Assembly (NCBI GenBank): GCA_963842815.1
Contig: CAWJHU010000001.1
Location: 264,708-328,707 of the forward strand
DNA from: Candidatus Nomurabacteria bacterium
GTDB taxonomy: Bacteria > Patescibacteriota > Minisyncoccia > Phycocordibacterales > UBA9973
DNA length: 64,000 nt
Direction of reading: 5' to 3'
Positions within the stretch are counted from its first letter, which is position 1; each line of letters starts with the position of its first letter. The notes beneath the pieces are model-generated. The model was not told where the DNA came from, ran no database searches, and saw nothing but the letters and a program-made list of their open reading frames with translations. Made by a program: the position numbers and the translations under genes. Positions 9,533-19,189 of this stretch are shown piece by piece.

Positions 9533-10021
9533 ATGAAAAACTCAAAGGGCAAGAATGTGTGGATAGGAGTGGCCGTGATATTAGTTGTAGCCATAATTGT
9601 TTTTCTGTTCAGTTTGTTAAAAAAGGAAACCGTCGGAGTAGATGGAATAATTTCACCCAACAGTAACAATACTGCTCTTTTTCCTCCGTCAACCCTAGAT
9701 ACCAGCGGTAGCTCTGTCCAAGGAACAAAACCAATCTCTATTTCTTATATTGATGCCTTGGCAAAATATGCCAATAAAAGAATTCAATTGGATAAAAATT
9801 GTCAGGCTTTTCCAAACACTGTTACCTACAAAGACAACACGGGAATTATGATAGACAACCGTTCTCCGGAAGTTCGCACGATAAAAATCGGAACAAGCTT
9901 TACGATAAAAGCTTGGGGATTTAAAATAATTACTCTGCCCAACGTTGTTCTCCAATCAAAAACCATCTTCGTTGATTGCGATAAATCTCTAAACGTAGCC
10001 ACCATTCTCGTCCAGGAATAA
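9533..10021 (+). CDS. hypothetical membrane-anchored/secreted protein
   Basis: 162-aa ORF with an N-terminal TM helix (VWIGVAVILVVAIIVFLFSLL) and no recognisable domain. Confidence 0.4.
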   Translation: MKNSKGKNVWIGVAVILVVAIIVFLFSLLKKETVGVDGIISPNSNNTALFPPSTLDTSGSSVQGTKPISISYIDALAKYANKRIQLDKNCQAFPNTVTYKDNTGIMIDNRSPEVRTIKIGTSFTIKAWGFKIITLPNVVLQSKTIFVDCDKSLNVATILVQE

Positions 10022-10105
10022 AAACTAAAATTCCCCTGACCCAGGGTCAGGGGAAGAGAGGTTTTCCACATAATTTAAGGCACTTGTAATGTTATAATAA
10101 GTAGA

Positions 10106-10810
10106 ATGACATATAGAAAAACTCCTCTAATGTCTGGAGAATATTTTCATGTTTATAATAGAGGGAACAGTAAACAAGAAATTTTTTTAGATGATGAAGA
10201 TAGGAGTCGTTTTGTAAAATTACTTTACCTTTCCAATTCAAAAAAGTATATTAATTTCCGTGACGATATAGTAGGGCAAAAAATAGACGCTTTTGATTTT
10301 GGAAGAGGAGAACCCGTTGTATTCATTGGTGCATGGGTTTTAATGCCTAACCATTTTCATATTTACATAACTTCCCCTGACCCTGGGTCAGGGGAAACAG
10401 AAGAAAGCAAGAAAAATAAGAGGAATAAAGAAAATATTGCCTTTTTTATGAATAAACTTTGCTCAAGTTACGCTAAATATTTTAATAAAAAATATAGCCG
10501 TACAGGGTCTCTTTTTGAAGGGCCATTCAAATCTACTCATATTGAGGACGATAGTCAGGCGAAATATCTTTTTTCATATATACATCTTAATCCAATAAAA
10601 CTCATTGACTCAGGATGGAAAGATAATGGTATTAGTAATATAAAAACGGCGTTAGAACACTTGAATACATACAAGTGGAGTAGTTATCAAGATCATCGTG
10701 GGGTTTTAAGGAAAGAAAATAAAATTCTTAAATTAAATTCTTTTCCTGAATATTTTTCTGATATAAAAGATTTTGATTCAGAAATTATTTCTTGGTTGCA
10801 ATATATGTAA
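10106..10810 (+). CDS. REP-associated tyrosine transposase (RAYT), IS200/IS605 Y1 transposase family; contains an in-frame REP-B insertion
   Basis: GEYFHVYNRG, HUH motif in LMPNHFHIYI and catalytic Tyr region YIHLNPIK. SPDPGSG between the HUH and Tyr motifs is encoded by the palindrome at 10374-10394. A paralogue lies at 36636..37322. Confidence 0.7.
   Translation: MTYRKTPLMSGEYFHVYNRGNSKQEIFLDDEDRSRFVKLLYLSNSKKYINFRDDIVGQKIDAFDFGRGEPVVFIGAWVLMPNHFHIYITSPDPGSGETEESKKNKRNKENIAFFMNKLCSSYAKYFNKKYSRTGSLFEGPFKSTHIEDDSQAKYLFSYIHLNPIKLIDSGWKDNGISNIKTALEHLNTYKWSSYQDHRGVLRKENKILKLNSFPEYFSDIKDFDSEIISWLQYM
10374..10394. repeat. REP-B palindrome copy inserted in-frame within the RAYT CDS
   Basis: cccctgaccctgggtcagggg encodes SPDPGSG; the paralogous RAYT2 lacks this segment. 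Confidence 0.7.
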
Positions 10811-10899
10811 ATAATTTTTCCCCTGACCCAGGGTCAGGGGAAGAGAGGTTTTCCACAGAAATTGTTGGGATTGGAATGTTTTTAGAATATAATTAGAGA

Positions 10900-11526
10900 A
10901 TGGAAAAAATAAAAATGTTCTTTGCTCACAAAATTTTTAAAATATTGAAGTGGGCTTTTTTAATTTTGGTCGGATTATATTTAATTCTGATTATCGGTCG
11001 GGTAATTTTTTTGAACAACAAAGCCAAAACAGATGCGCAAGTGATAAAAATTCATAATACCAAACTTACTCTGGATGATGTAATGGGCAAAAATCTTCCG
11101 CCAGACCCGGGGGCCCTAGCTGATGCGACCGTGCAGGGGATTGATGCAAATAATAACGGTATTCGGGATGACGTTGAACTGGCTATTTTTAATGCGTATC
11201 CAAATTCTGCCAAAACCCGCGCCGTGCTTTTGCAGTATGCGCTGGCGTTGCAGATGGAGTTTGCACAATCAATAATAAATAAAGAAATAGTAACAGTGGT
11301 CGCAGAAAAAACATCTGCTGGATATTATTGTATTAGTCAAATAACTTCCAGAGTAGATATGAAAAAGTTTATTGAAATTGGTGATAAATTACACAACTTT
11401 ATTGAAAATAAACAAATAAATACAGAAGAAAGAAAAAAAGCTGAAACAGATTTTTATAAAGGCAACCTTGGTAGTTATGAATTACCTTCCGAATGTGATA
11501 TAGACTTAAATAAATTACAAAATTAA
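10900..11526 (+). CDS. hypothetical membrane-anchored protein
   Basis: 208-aa ORF with an N-terminal TM segment (ILKWAFLILVGLYLILIIGRVIFL); no recognised domain. Confidence 0.4.
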   Translation: MEKIKMFFAHKIFKILKWAFLILVGLYLILIIGRVIFLNNKAKTDAQVIKIHNTKLTLDDVMGKNLPPDPGALADATVQGIDANNNGIRDDVELAIFNAYPNSAKTRAVLLQYALALQMEFAQSIINKEIVTVVAEKTSAGYYCISQITSRVDMKKFIEIGDKLHNFIENKQINTEERKKAETDFYKGNLGSYELPSECDIDLNKLQN

Positions 11527-11538
11527 TTTTTATTTTTT

Positions 11539-14500
11539 ATGAAATTAAAATCAGTAATCATATTATTGTTGTTTTTGTTACCACATTTACTTTTTGCCTC
11601 AACTTGTTCCAGTAATGGTTACACAGTCCTAACTGTTAATGGAATATTTACTGATGAAACTGGAGCAAAGAAAAATTCTGATAAACTGAAATATTATTTT
11701 GAAAATACTTACAACAACCAACCACTTATCGTTGATTTTCTTTATAATCAAACCCACCTCGCCGGTTTTGGGGATGTTATTGACTATGTAAAACAAGGGT
11801 TTTTTGATCAAAAATCGGATTATGACCTGGTGGAAATGCTGAATGACGCCAGTCAAAAAGTCACAACTCAAAAACTTCTCCTCGTTGCCCACTCTCAGGG
11901 CAATTTTTATGCCAATAACTTTTATGATAAAACTGCGTCACAGCCTGGAGGAGTTCCGAGCCAATCTATCGGTGTGTATGGTGTAGCCACTCCTGCCAAT
12001 CGTGTGGCCGGCGGAGGAAGATATTTAACTTCCGATACGGATAAAATTATTGCTGGTTTGGTCGGAGGTACTTTGGCTAGAACTATTATGTCGCCTAACG
12101 CACACATTGTTTTGCAAGAGGGTGATGACAAAAATGGGCATGATTTTTCCGGTGTTTATTTAAAATATCAAAGCGACAAAATTGTTTCCGATATTAAATC
12201 ATCCCTTGATAAACTTCAAAATAATGACGAGCAGGAATCGCAGGACCCTTGTATTTCTCCGCCGGAACTTACCGTTTTTCATAAGGCAGAAGGTGTGGCT
12301 CTTACGTCCGCTGATTTTCTTATAAATAACACAAAAAATGCTGCCGTTTATATTGGAAATGGCATATACAATACCGGCTTGGCGATTGGTAATGCTTTTT
12401 CGGGATTATTTGCCAATGTAGCCGAAATTTTGCCAAGTGGCAATAGTTTGACGACCCTTTCTCCCGATGTTTTGGAACCGACGGATAATCCTTTGGCAAG
12501 TTCTTTCCCGAATTCTTCTGTAAATCAGGAGCAGACATCAGAAATAATAGGAGAAACAGTTACAATTCCAACCACGGAGGCAACGCCTCCGTATACAGAA
12601 AATGTGACGAGTGACAAAATAATAACTACAACCGAATCCATTCCTGTTTCCAATATTCCCAAAGACGAAGAACCAATTTTTGAATTTCGCCGGGGTAATA
12701 ATGGCGCATCAATATCTCAGTCTGAATCCCAATCTGAAACTAAATCCGGGACAGGTTCATCCGGAGAAGAACAGGGAGGACAAGGAGGAAATAATAATTC
12801 ATCAGCTCCGGATATTATTCCTCCAATTATCACCCTGCTCGGCAATAATCCCGAAGTGGTTGTAAAAGGTTCTGCGTACACTGATGCCGGCATTATGGTT
12901 ACTGATGCAGTTGATAGCGCACCCACTTTCACAATGGAAGGAACGGTAAATATCAATACTGTCGGTGTTTACACTATTACCTATACCGCAAAAGATTCTT
13001 CCCAAAATATCGCTACCGCAACACGCACGGTGATAGTTGATGATGGGGCAAAATTAAATAGTCCTAATTTTGTCACTGTCTCCGGCAACTATGCCTATGT
13101 GGTTTCAAGCGCCGGCAATTCTTTTGAAATTATAGATATTTCCAATCCTTCCACTCTAGTGCATAAAAGTTCTCTAGTGCACAACAACGACAACATACAA
13201 CTTTATTCTCCCGGAGGAGTTGCCGTTTCCGGTGATTATGCTTACGTAGTTTCTTACAGTAATAATTTAAATGTTATTGATATCAGCAATCCTCTTTTAC
13301 CTACTATTAAAAGCACTTTAAAAAACGGCGATGGCGGGGCGCAACTTATTCATCCGAATTTTATAACTATTTCCGGCAATTACGCATATATTATTTCCTA
13401 TGGAGGACAGAATGTTGAAATAGTGGATATTTCCGACCCGATTTATCCTGCCCACAAAGGTTCGTATTATATAAATTCGCTTTCCGCGCCGACTTCTTTA
13501 TTTGTTTCCGGCAATTATATGTATTTGACATTTTCTGTTGTAGGGCAAAGCAGCGGAGGTCTTCAAATTTTAGATATTTCTAATCCAGCGCAGCCTGTTT
13601 TAAAAAGCACCGTGAATGATGGTTCCGGTGGAGCAACCATTTCCAATCCGCAATTCGTTTTTGTCTCCGGCAACTATGCTTATATTGCTTCTCGAGGGAC
13701 CAACACTCTTGAAATTATTGATGTTTCAAATCCCGGTTCACCGATTCACAAAGGAAAAATAACCGTTGGTGTTGCCCCGATTTCCGTATCCATTTCCGGC
13801 AATTATGCCTATGTAGCTTCTTTTGTCGGGAGCGCCCTTGAGGTCATAGATATTTCTGACCCAACTAATCCTATTCACAAAGGGAGTTTAGCGAATGGCG
13901 TTTATAATTCGGCTCTTTCTTACCCAACTTCTATTTTTATTTCCGGCAACCTTGCTTATATTTCTTCTTCAATGAGCAAAGCCTTGGAAGTTGTAAATAT
14001 TTCCGACCCGGCTAATCCGATTCATTTAAACAAAATATTAAATGGCGAATTTAATCATACAGACCCGCCTGTCATAATCCCTTCAGCTCCTCCGGCAGAT
14101 ACTACTCCGCCTGTAATTTCTGCGCTTTCTATTTCTCCGTCGCCGGCTGTTTCCGGCTATGCGAAAATTGGCGACACCATAACCCTTTCCATCACCGCTG
14201 ATTCTGCGGGATATACGGCGAAGGCTATCAGCATTAATAATGTTTCCGTAACAAATTTTACCGATAATGGAAATGGGATGTATACAGCTACCTACACTGT
14301 TTCATCCGGAGATAATGATGTGGTTTCCGGCACTATTCCTGTCAGTGTTGTTTTGACTGATGCGGCTGGAAATTCAAATATTGCATATACCACAGTGATA
14401 GCAAATAAATTAAAAATTGACGCCCATGAACCGATTCTCATTTTTGCCAATGTTACTTCAGCGACTACTATCGATGCCACATTCAGCGAAGATATTGATG

Positions 14501-14736
14501 GAAAAACAGTCAATTCTACCGGCACTGAATTTACAGTTTCAGGGCATCCGGTTTTGAGCGCTCATGAATTAGAAGGTGTCGTGACGTTAACTCTCGGAAC
14601 GGCTATCGGAGCAGGGGAAAAACCCGATGTCACATTTCAAAGTACTTTATTTAAAGATGTTGCCGGCAATGAAGCCATAAGTCCGGCCACGGTAACGGCA
14701 ATAAATGACGTGATTTCTCCTCCGTCTTTGGAATAA
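11539..14736 (+). CDS. large secreted protein: N-terminal alpha/beta-hydrolase (lipase/esterase-like, GxSxG = AHSQG), Ig-like (DUF5011/HYR-like) domain, ~8 LVIVD-type beta-propeller repeats, C-terminal Ig-like domains
   Basis: Signal peptide; LLLVAHSQGNFYANNFYD nucleophile elbow; PPIITLLGNNPEVVVKGSAYTDAGI...GVYTITYTAKDSSQNIATATRTVIV; repeated SGNYAYVxSxxxNxLEIIDISNPxxPxHKGS units. Confidence 0.6.
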   Translation: MKLKSVIILLLFLLPHLLFASTCSSNGYTVLTVNGIFTDETGAKKNSDKLKYYFENTYNNQPLIVDFLYNQTHLAGFGDVIDYVKQGFFDQKSDYDLVEMLNDASQKVTTQKLLLVAHSQGNFYANNFYDKTASQPGGVPSQSIGVYGVATPANRVAGGGRYLTSDTDKIIAGLVGGTLARTIMSPNAHIVLQEGDDKNGHDFSGVYLKYQSDKIVSDIKSSLDKLQNNDEQESQDPCISPPELTVFHKAEGVALTSADFLINNTKNAAVYIGNGIYNTGLAIGNAFSGLFANVAEILPSGNSLTTLSPDVLEPTDNPLASSFPNSSVNQEQTSEIIGETVTIPTTEATPPYTENVTSDKIITTTESIPVSNIPKDEEPIFEFRRGNNGASISQSESQSETKSGTGSSGEEQGGQGGNNNSSAPDIIPPIITLLGNNPEVVVKGSAYTDAGIMVTDAVDSAPTFTMEGTVNINTVGVYTITYTAKDSSQNIATATRTVIVDDGAKLNSPNFVTVSGNYAYVVSSAGNSFEIIDISNPSTLVHKSSLVHNNDNIQLYSPGGVAVSGDYAYVVSYSNNLNVIDISNPLLPTIKSTLKNGDGGAQLIHPNFITISGNYAYIISYGGQNVEIVDISDPIYPAHKGSYYINSLSAPTSLFVSGNYMYLTFSVVGQSSGGLQILDISNPAQPVLKSTVNDGSGGATISNPQFVFVSGNYAYIASRGTNTLEIIDVSNPGSPIHKGKITVGVAPISVSISGNYAYVASFVGSALEVIDISDPTNPIHKGSLANGVYNSALSYPTSIFISGNLAYISSSMSKALEVVNISDPANPIHLNKILNGEFNHTDPPVIIPSAPPADTTPPVISALSISPSPAVSGYAKIGDTITLSITADSAGYTAKAISINNVSVTNFTDNGNGMYTATYTVSSGDNDVVSGTIPVSVVLTDAAGNSNIAYTTVIANKLKIDAHEPILIFANVTSATTIDATFSEDIDGKTVNSTGTEFTVSGHPVLSAHELEGVVTLTLGTAIGAGEKPDVTFQSTLFKDVAGNEAISPATVTAINDVISPPSLE

Positions 14737-14754
14737 AGCCCCGTCGGGTGTTTT

Positions 14755-14774
14755 CCCTGACCCTGGGTCAGGGG
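14755..14774. repeat. REP-B palindrome copy (one C short)
   Basis: ccctgaccctgggtcagggg lies 19 bp after the stop at 14736. Confidence 0.65.
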
Positions 14775-14787
14775 AAACACAAAAAAA

Positions 14788-14823
14788 GGGGCTTTTGAAA
14801 AAGTCCCTTTTTCAAAAGCCCCT
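14788..14823. terminator. bidirectional Rho-independent terminator (GGGGCTTTTGAAAAAG/CTTTTTCAAAAGCCCC hairpin flanked by A- and T-runs)
   Basis: 16-bp perfect stem lying between convergent genes 11539..14736 (+) and 14830..15219 (-). Confidence 0.7.
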
Positions 14824-14829
14824 AATGAG

Positions 14830-15219
14830 TTAATCCCATGTGAATTTTTTTAAATCGTGTCTTGCTGCCCAAAAAAACAAAACATTAAAAAACAGCAAGA
14901 ACAGTAAAACTAAGGGAAGATAAATTACGTTATCCTTTATTGAAAAAATAAAAGACAACATCAGAGAAAGAGAACAAGCTAAAAAGAAAACAAGTTTTAG
15001 ACACTTAATTCTGACACACATAAGTCCCCAAAACAGGAAAAAAAATTTTGTCCCATTTTCATTTTTTATAACGTATTTCTTCAGATCTGATATCTTCCTG
15101 GCTGGTAAGTACTCTCTTGTCCAGTATTTTTCAGCCATCTTCGAGGAAATAAAAAATGAAAAAATTCCCAAAAGATTGATAGCAAAAGCAGAAACATAAA
15201 CCACAATATTATTTTCCAC
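14830..15219 (-). CDS. hypothetical small polytopic membrane protein
   Basis: 129-aa ORF with several hydrophobic segments; its stop abuts the bidirectional terminator. The ORF at 15236..15439 (-) may be a related upstream fragment. Confidence 0.3.
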   Translation of the reverse strand: MENNIVVYVSAFAINLLGIFSFFISSKMAEKYWTREYLPARKISDLKKYVIKNENGTKFFFLFWGLMCVRIKCLKLVFFLACSLSLMLSFIFSIKDNVIYLPLVLLFLLFFNVLFFWAARHDLKKFTWD

Positions 15220-15904
15220 AGCAATTCCTTTCTTTTTATATTTTCTTGAATTTTTTTAGTACACTCGTGGCCCAAAAGTCTAACCCGATATTAAGGCTTA
15301 AAAGCAATATTGAAACAATAAAAATAAAAAGCATTTCATTTCTGAAAATAAATCCGAAAGCACACGACAGTACGCCATAATTATAGTAATTATTACTTTT
15401 GTTTACAGCTTGCAGACCATTCACAAATAGCCATTTCATTATTGTTTTTTTCTATAGTTCACAAAAACGAAAGACTCCAACAAGGAAAGTTCACGTATTC
15501 CCGCTTGGTATTCTTTTTTTGCCAACCATATAAAACAATTTAAACTTAACACACCCTTTAGGCTCAAAAGAGTGAATCCTCCCCAAAAAATAAAAAGAAA
15601 TAAATTCAGTGACATTTTTATACCCTCCTTTTTTTATTGACAGAGAACAAATTAATTAGTTTGTTCTATTATATTACATTTTTGTCTTTTGTCAAATAAA
15701 CTTATAGGAAATACTTATGTTATAATCAAGACTAATGGCAAAACATTTTTTTAAAACATTGGTTATCTTTTTGGTAATTATAGTCCTGGGGCTCATTGGT
15801 ATATTTTTAACAAGCAATTCCGGCGGAAACGGAAGCTCGGCGAATACGCCCAATAATCAAGTGGAAGTTGCAAAATAAAAATATTGTGCTATCCTATAAA
15901 TACC

Positions 15905-16032
15905 GCAAAGAAAATAGGCACAGAAATTTTTCTGGATAAGTCCTGTTTAGTGGGTCGATATCTCTCTGTCTCGGACAGGAGAAATACTTGCGGCGAAAGC
16001 CGTTTTTTTGTTTAAAATTATCGAAAAAAATT
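15905..16032 (+). promoter_or_regulatory. putative structured leader of the rplJ-rplL operon (candidate L10 autoregulatory leader)
   Basis: About 130-nt untranslated region before rplJ containing paired segments (gtcctgtttagtgggtcgatatctctctgtctcggacaggag). Call is by position only; no covariance model was run. Confidence 0.25.
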
Positions 16033-16512
16033 ATGTTACAAAAATCAAAAAAAGAAGAAATGGTAAAAGACCTTGAAAAAGCTATCAAGGGTTCTGAATC
16101 TGTTGTTTTCGTAAATTTTCACGGAATGAAGGTGAGCGACGAAACAATTCTTCGCAGAGGATTGAGAGACCAGGGAGTGGGTTATAAAATTTCCAGAAAA
16201 ACTTTACTAAGACGCGCCCTGACCAAAAAAGCTGAAGGAGAAACACCGGAGCTTACGGGTGAAGTCGCCATGGCTTATTCTAAAGACCAAACCGCATCTC
16301 CACGCGAAATTTATAATTTTCAAAAAACTCACAAGGGTCTTTTGGAGATTCTGGGGGGAATTTTTGAAGGAAAATTCGTGGGCAAAGAAAAAATGATGGA
16401 AATAGCCACCATTCCTTCCAGGGAAGTGCTACTTGGCAAAATTGCCTTCCTGCTCAAATCTCCCATACAACGTTTGGCCATCGCAGTTAATGAAGTTGCC
16501 AAGAAAAAATAA
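16033..16512 (+). CDS. rplJ: 50S ribosomal protein L10
   Basis: MLQKSKKEEMVKDLEKAIKGSESVVFVNFHGMKVSDETILRRGLRDQG... is the typical L10 N-terminus, and the gene sits immediately upstream of rplL. The track ORF begins at 15988; ATG at 16033 is preferred. Confidence 0.85.
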   Translation: MLQKSKKEEMVKDLEKAIKGSESVVFVNFHGMKVSDETILRRGLRDQGVGYKISRKTLLRRALTKKAEGETPELTGEVAMAYSKDQTASPREIYNFQKTHKGLLEILGGIFEGKFVGKEKMMEIATIPSREVLLGKIAFLLKSPIQRLAIAVNEVAKKK

Positions 16513-16537
16513 TTATCAATTAATTTAAAAAAATATC

Positions 16538-16903
16538 ATGTCAAAATTTGATTCATTTATGAAAGACCTTGAAGGCGCATCAGTTTTGGAACTGAATGAG
16601 CTTGTAAAGGCGATAGAAGAAAAGTTTGGAGTTTCCGCAGCCGCTGTGGCCGCCGTTGGTCCTGCTGCAGGCGCTCCAGCAGAAGAGGAAAAAGATTCGT
16701 TTACCGTTGTGCTTGCTTCAGCCGGTGAACAAAAAATAGCCGTAATGAAAGTCGTCAAAGAAGCCCTAGGCCTCGGTTTGAAAGAAGCGAAAGATTTAGT
16801 GGATGCTGCTCCTTCCACCTTGAAAGAGGGGATGAAGAAAGCTGAAGCCGAAGATATCAAGAAAAAAATTGAAGCAGCCGGAGGAAAAATTGAACTCAAA
16901 TAA
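16538..16903 (+). CDS. rplL: 50S ribosomal protein L7/L12
   Basis: 121 aa: N-terminal dimerisation helix, Ala/Pro/Glu hinge ([19 protein letters not shown]), C-terminal domain ...[27 protein letters not shown]...[10 protein letters not shown]. Confidence 0.95.
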   Translation: MSKFDSFMKDLEGASVLELNELVKAIEEKFGVSAAAVAAVGPAAGAPAEEEKDSFTVVLASAGEQKIAVMKVVKEALGLGLKEAKDLVDAAPSTLKEGMKKAEAEDIKKKIEAAGGKIELK

Positions 16904-16943
16904 ATACTTGTTTTTTGCCTAAAAAGCGTTATTATATACGCAT

Positions 16944-17525
16944 ATGGAAATTCTAGGGAAAATATTGGGTAGTCCGGCCAGAGTGAAAATAATGCGCCTT
17001 TTTCTGTTGAATTCCAAGGTTGGTTTTAGCCGAAAAGATATCAAAAAAAGAAGCCGAGTAAGTTCCAATATCGTAAGCCGGGAAATTAAGCTCTTGGCCT
17101 CTGTTGGTTTTGTTAAGAAGCATGGCAAAGTCTGGTTTTTTAACCCGCTTTTTAAATATGGCGGAGAACTGGACAAACTTTTGGTAAATTCCGATAGTTT
17201 GGATAAAAAAACCATTGTGGATAATTTTAGAAAAGTTGGAAGAGTAAAATTTTTACTGGTTTCCGGTATTTTTATTAAAAACAAGGATACCAGAGTAGAT
17301 TTGCTGATTGTGGGGGATAGGATGAAAAAAAGTAAAATTGAAGAGGAAGTGCGCAAGCTTGAAGCGGAAATAGGAACAGAACTTTCCTACGCTATTTTTG
17401 ATACGAAGGAATTTATTTACCGATTGGACATGTACGATAAGCTCGTGCGAGACATTCTTGATTTTCCCCACGAAGTTATTTTCCAAGCTAAAGAGTTATC
17501 CACACAGACTTCAAAAAAAGCCTAG
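16944..17525 (+). CDS. hypothetical protein with N-terminal winged-helix DNA-binding domain and a possible nucleotidyltransferase-like C-terminal region
   Basis: ILGSPARVKIMRLFLLNSKVGFSRKDIKK... reads as wHTH; the later VSGIFIKNKDTRVDLLIVGD resembles a minimal NTase motif only weakly. Confidence 0.35.
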   Translation: MEILGKILGSPARVKIMRLFLLNSKVGFSRKDIKKRSRVSSNIVSREIKLLASVGFVKKHGKVWFFNPLFKYGGELDKLLVNSDSLDKKTIVDNFRKVGRVKFLLVSGIFIKNKDTRVDLLIVGDRMKKSKIEEEVRKLEAEIGTELSYAIFDTKEFIYRLDMYDKLVRDILDFPHEVIFQAKELSTQTSKKA

Positions 17526-17603
17526 AAATTGGTATAATAAACTCATAACTTTTAAAAGGTCGAAACTTAAAAAGTCTTATTAATTAACGTTTTTTTATTT
17601 ATT

Positions 17604-18302
17604 ATGACTAATATTTGGTTAACCTGGGGCGATGTTTTTAATGCGTCACTGCAAAATTTATGGTGGGGCTTTATCCAATTCGCTCCGAAACTCATTTTAG
17701 CTATCGTCTTTTTTGTTATCGGCTGGGTTTTGGGTTCTCTCATCGCCAAAGCCTTTGAACAGGTCTTCAAAGCTTTAAAGATAGACAGTTTTTTCCGTTC
17801 TATTAAGGTAGATAATTTTTTTAGAAAAGCGGGTATGAATCTTAACTCCGGACATTTTGTCGGAGAAGTGGTAAAGTGGTTTGTCATTATTATTTTCCTT
17901 CTTCCTTCCCTTAACCTGATTGGTCTGGATTCCATTGCATCTTTCTTGGAAAATGACGTGTTAGGATTTTTGCCGAAAGTTGTCGTAGCTGCCTTTGTCC
18001 TAATCATTGCTACCATTGTTGCTGATTTTCTTTCCAAAACGATTGTGGCCGGTTCTCGCGCCATGAATCTTAAGTCAGCCAATATGCTTGGCTCTTTGGC
18101 AAAATATGTTATCTGGGTATTTGCCTTCATTATTGCCCTGGGTCAATTGGGAATTGCCGAAGGTTATATGAATATTCTCTTTACCGGTATAATCGGAATG
18201 CTTGCCATCGGTGGCGCTCTGGCTTTTGGCTTGGGTGGCAAAGATGCAGCAGCTCGATTTATTGCAAAAATCGGCGAAGATATGTCTCACAAGGAATACT
18301 AA
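17604..18302 (+). CDS. membrane protein of the conserved-TM-helix repeat family (MscS-associated N-terminal-like)
   Basis: 232 aa with 4-5 TM helices and repeated IxxxxxIIGWVLGSLIAKAFEQ-type helices resembling the conserved-TM-helix repeat. Confidence 0.4.
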   Translation: MTNIWLTWGDVFNASLQNLWWGFIQFAPKLILAIVFFVIGWVLGSLIAKAFEQVFKALKIDSFFRSIKVDNFFRKAGMNLNSGHFVGEVVKWFVIIIFLLPSLNLIGLDSIASFLENDVLGFLPKVVVAAFVLIIATIVADFLSKTIVAGSRAMNLKSANMLGSLAKYVIWVFAFIIALGQLGIAEGYMNILFTGIIGMLAIGGALAFGLGGKDAAARFIAKIGEDMSHKEY

Positions 18303-18337
18303 AAAATAGCTTTAATTTAAGGTTTATTTTAGAAAAA

Positions 18338-18364
18338 AGATGTCCCCAGTTGACATCTTTTTTC
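18338..18364 (+). terminator. Rho-independent terminator (AAGATGTC-CCCAGTT-GACATCTT + T-run)
   Basis: Hairpin followed by TTTTTT, about 35 bp after the stop at 18302. Confidence 0.6.
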
Positions 18365-19152
18365 GTTCTGATATACTCTTTTAATCAGTATGAATATCAC
18401 AAGAAACAGTTTAAAAAGGCGGTTTTAAGCAGGCTTTCTTTTGTCTGTTGGCCGCCTGAAAGGCGGTTTTTTTGTTCACAGTAAGGCTTGAATATTGACA
18501 ACTTAAATCCTGTTCTGGCTTTCGAGGGTCTTTTCAAAGTGCCAGAGACAGGAAAAAATTCTAAAAAATTATTTCCGAGCGGTCGGTTCAATAATTTTTT
18601 TTGAGTTTTGTTTTACCCTGATGTAATGTCAGGGTTGTGGTTTGTAAATTTCTTAACAGGAAATTTAAGGGCGTACGGTGGATGCCTTGACTTTAAGAGG
18701 CGATGAAGGACGTGGCGTTGCTGCGATAAGCTTCGGGGAGGTGCTTAGCTACCTTTGATCCGGAGATTTCCGAATGGGGAAACCCTATCAAGTAAACCTT
18801 GATAATTTTGATCTTTATGCTCAAAATGCGCACCCTGGGAAGTGAAACATCTTAGTACCAGGTGGAAAAGAGACAAATATGAATTTCCCTAGTAGCGGCG
18901 AGCGAAAAGGAAAAAGCCCAAACCGTTCTCGCAAGAGAGCGGGGTTGTAAGATGACAATTTTTATTTAATTAAAGAAGAGTCAAAAAATAAATTATTAGT
19001 TGAAGTTGCTGGAAAGCGACACCATAGGAGGTGATAGTCCCGTAAACGAAAATAATTTATCTCTTTTATTGTTATTCTTGAGTACCCCAGGACATGAATG
19101 GCCGGGGGGAATCCGGCGGAACTAACCGCTAAGGCTAAATACTCTTAAAGAT

Positions 19153-19189
<37 letters not shown>

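Larger units (their letters stand above)
10033..10862 (+). mobile_element. REP-RAYT unit 1: Y1 (IS200/IS605-like, REP-associated tyrosine transposase) gene bracketed by identical 40-bp direct repeats, each containing the REP-B palindrome
   Basis: TTCCCCTGACCCAGGGTCAGGGGAAGAGAGGTTTTCCACA occurs at 10031-10070 and 10818-10857, flanking CDS 10106..10810. Confidence 0.65.

Noticed and set aside
15639-15680. TTGACA followed by the near-palindrome AGAACAAATTAATTAGTTTGTTCT and TATTAT upstream of the rplJ-rplL region
   Set aside because: It looks like a promoter with an operator-like palindrome, but the spacer between the hexamers is too long (~24 nt) for a canonical sigma-70 promoter. Not called as a feature.
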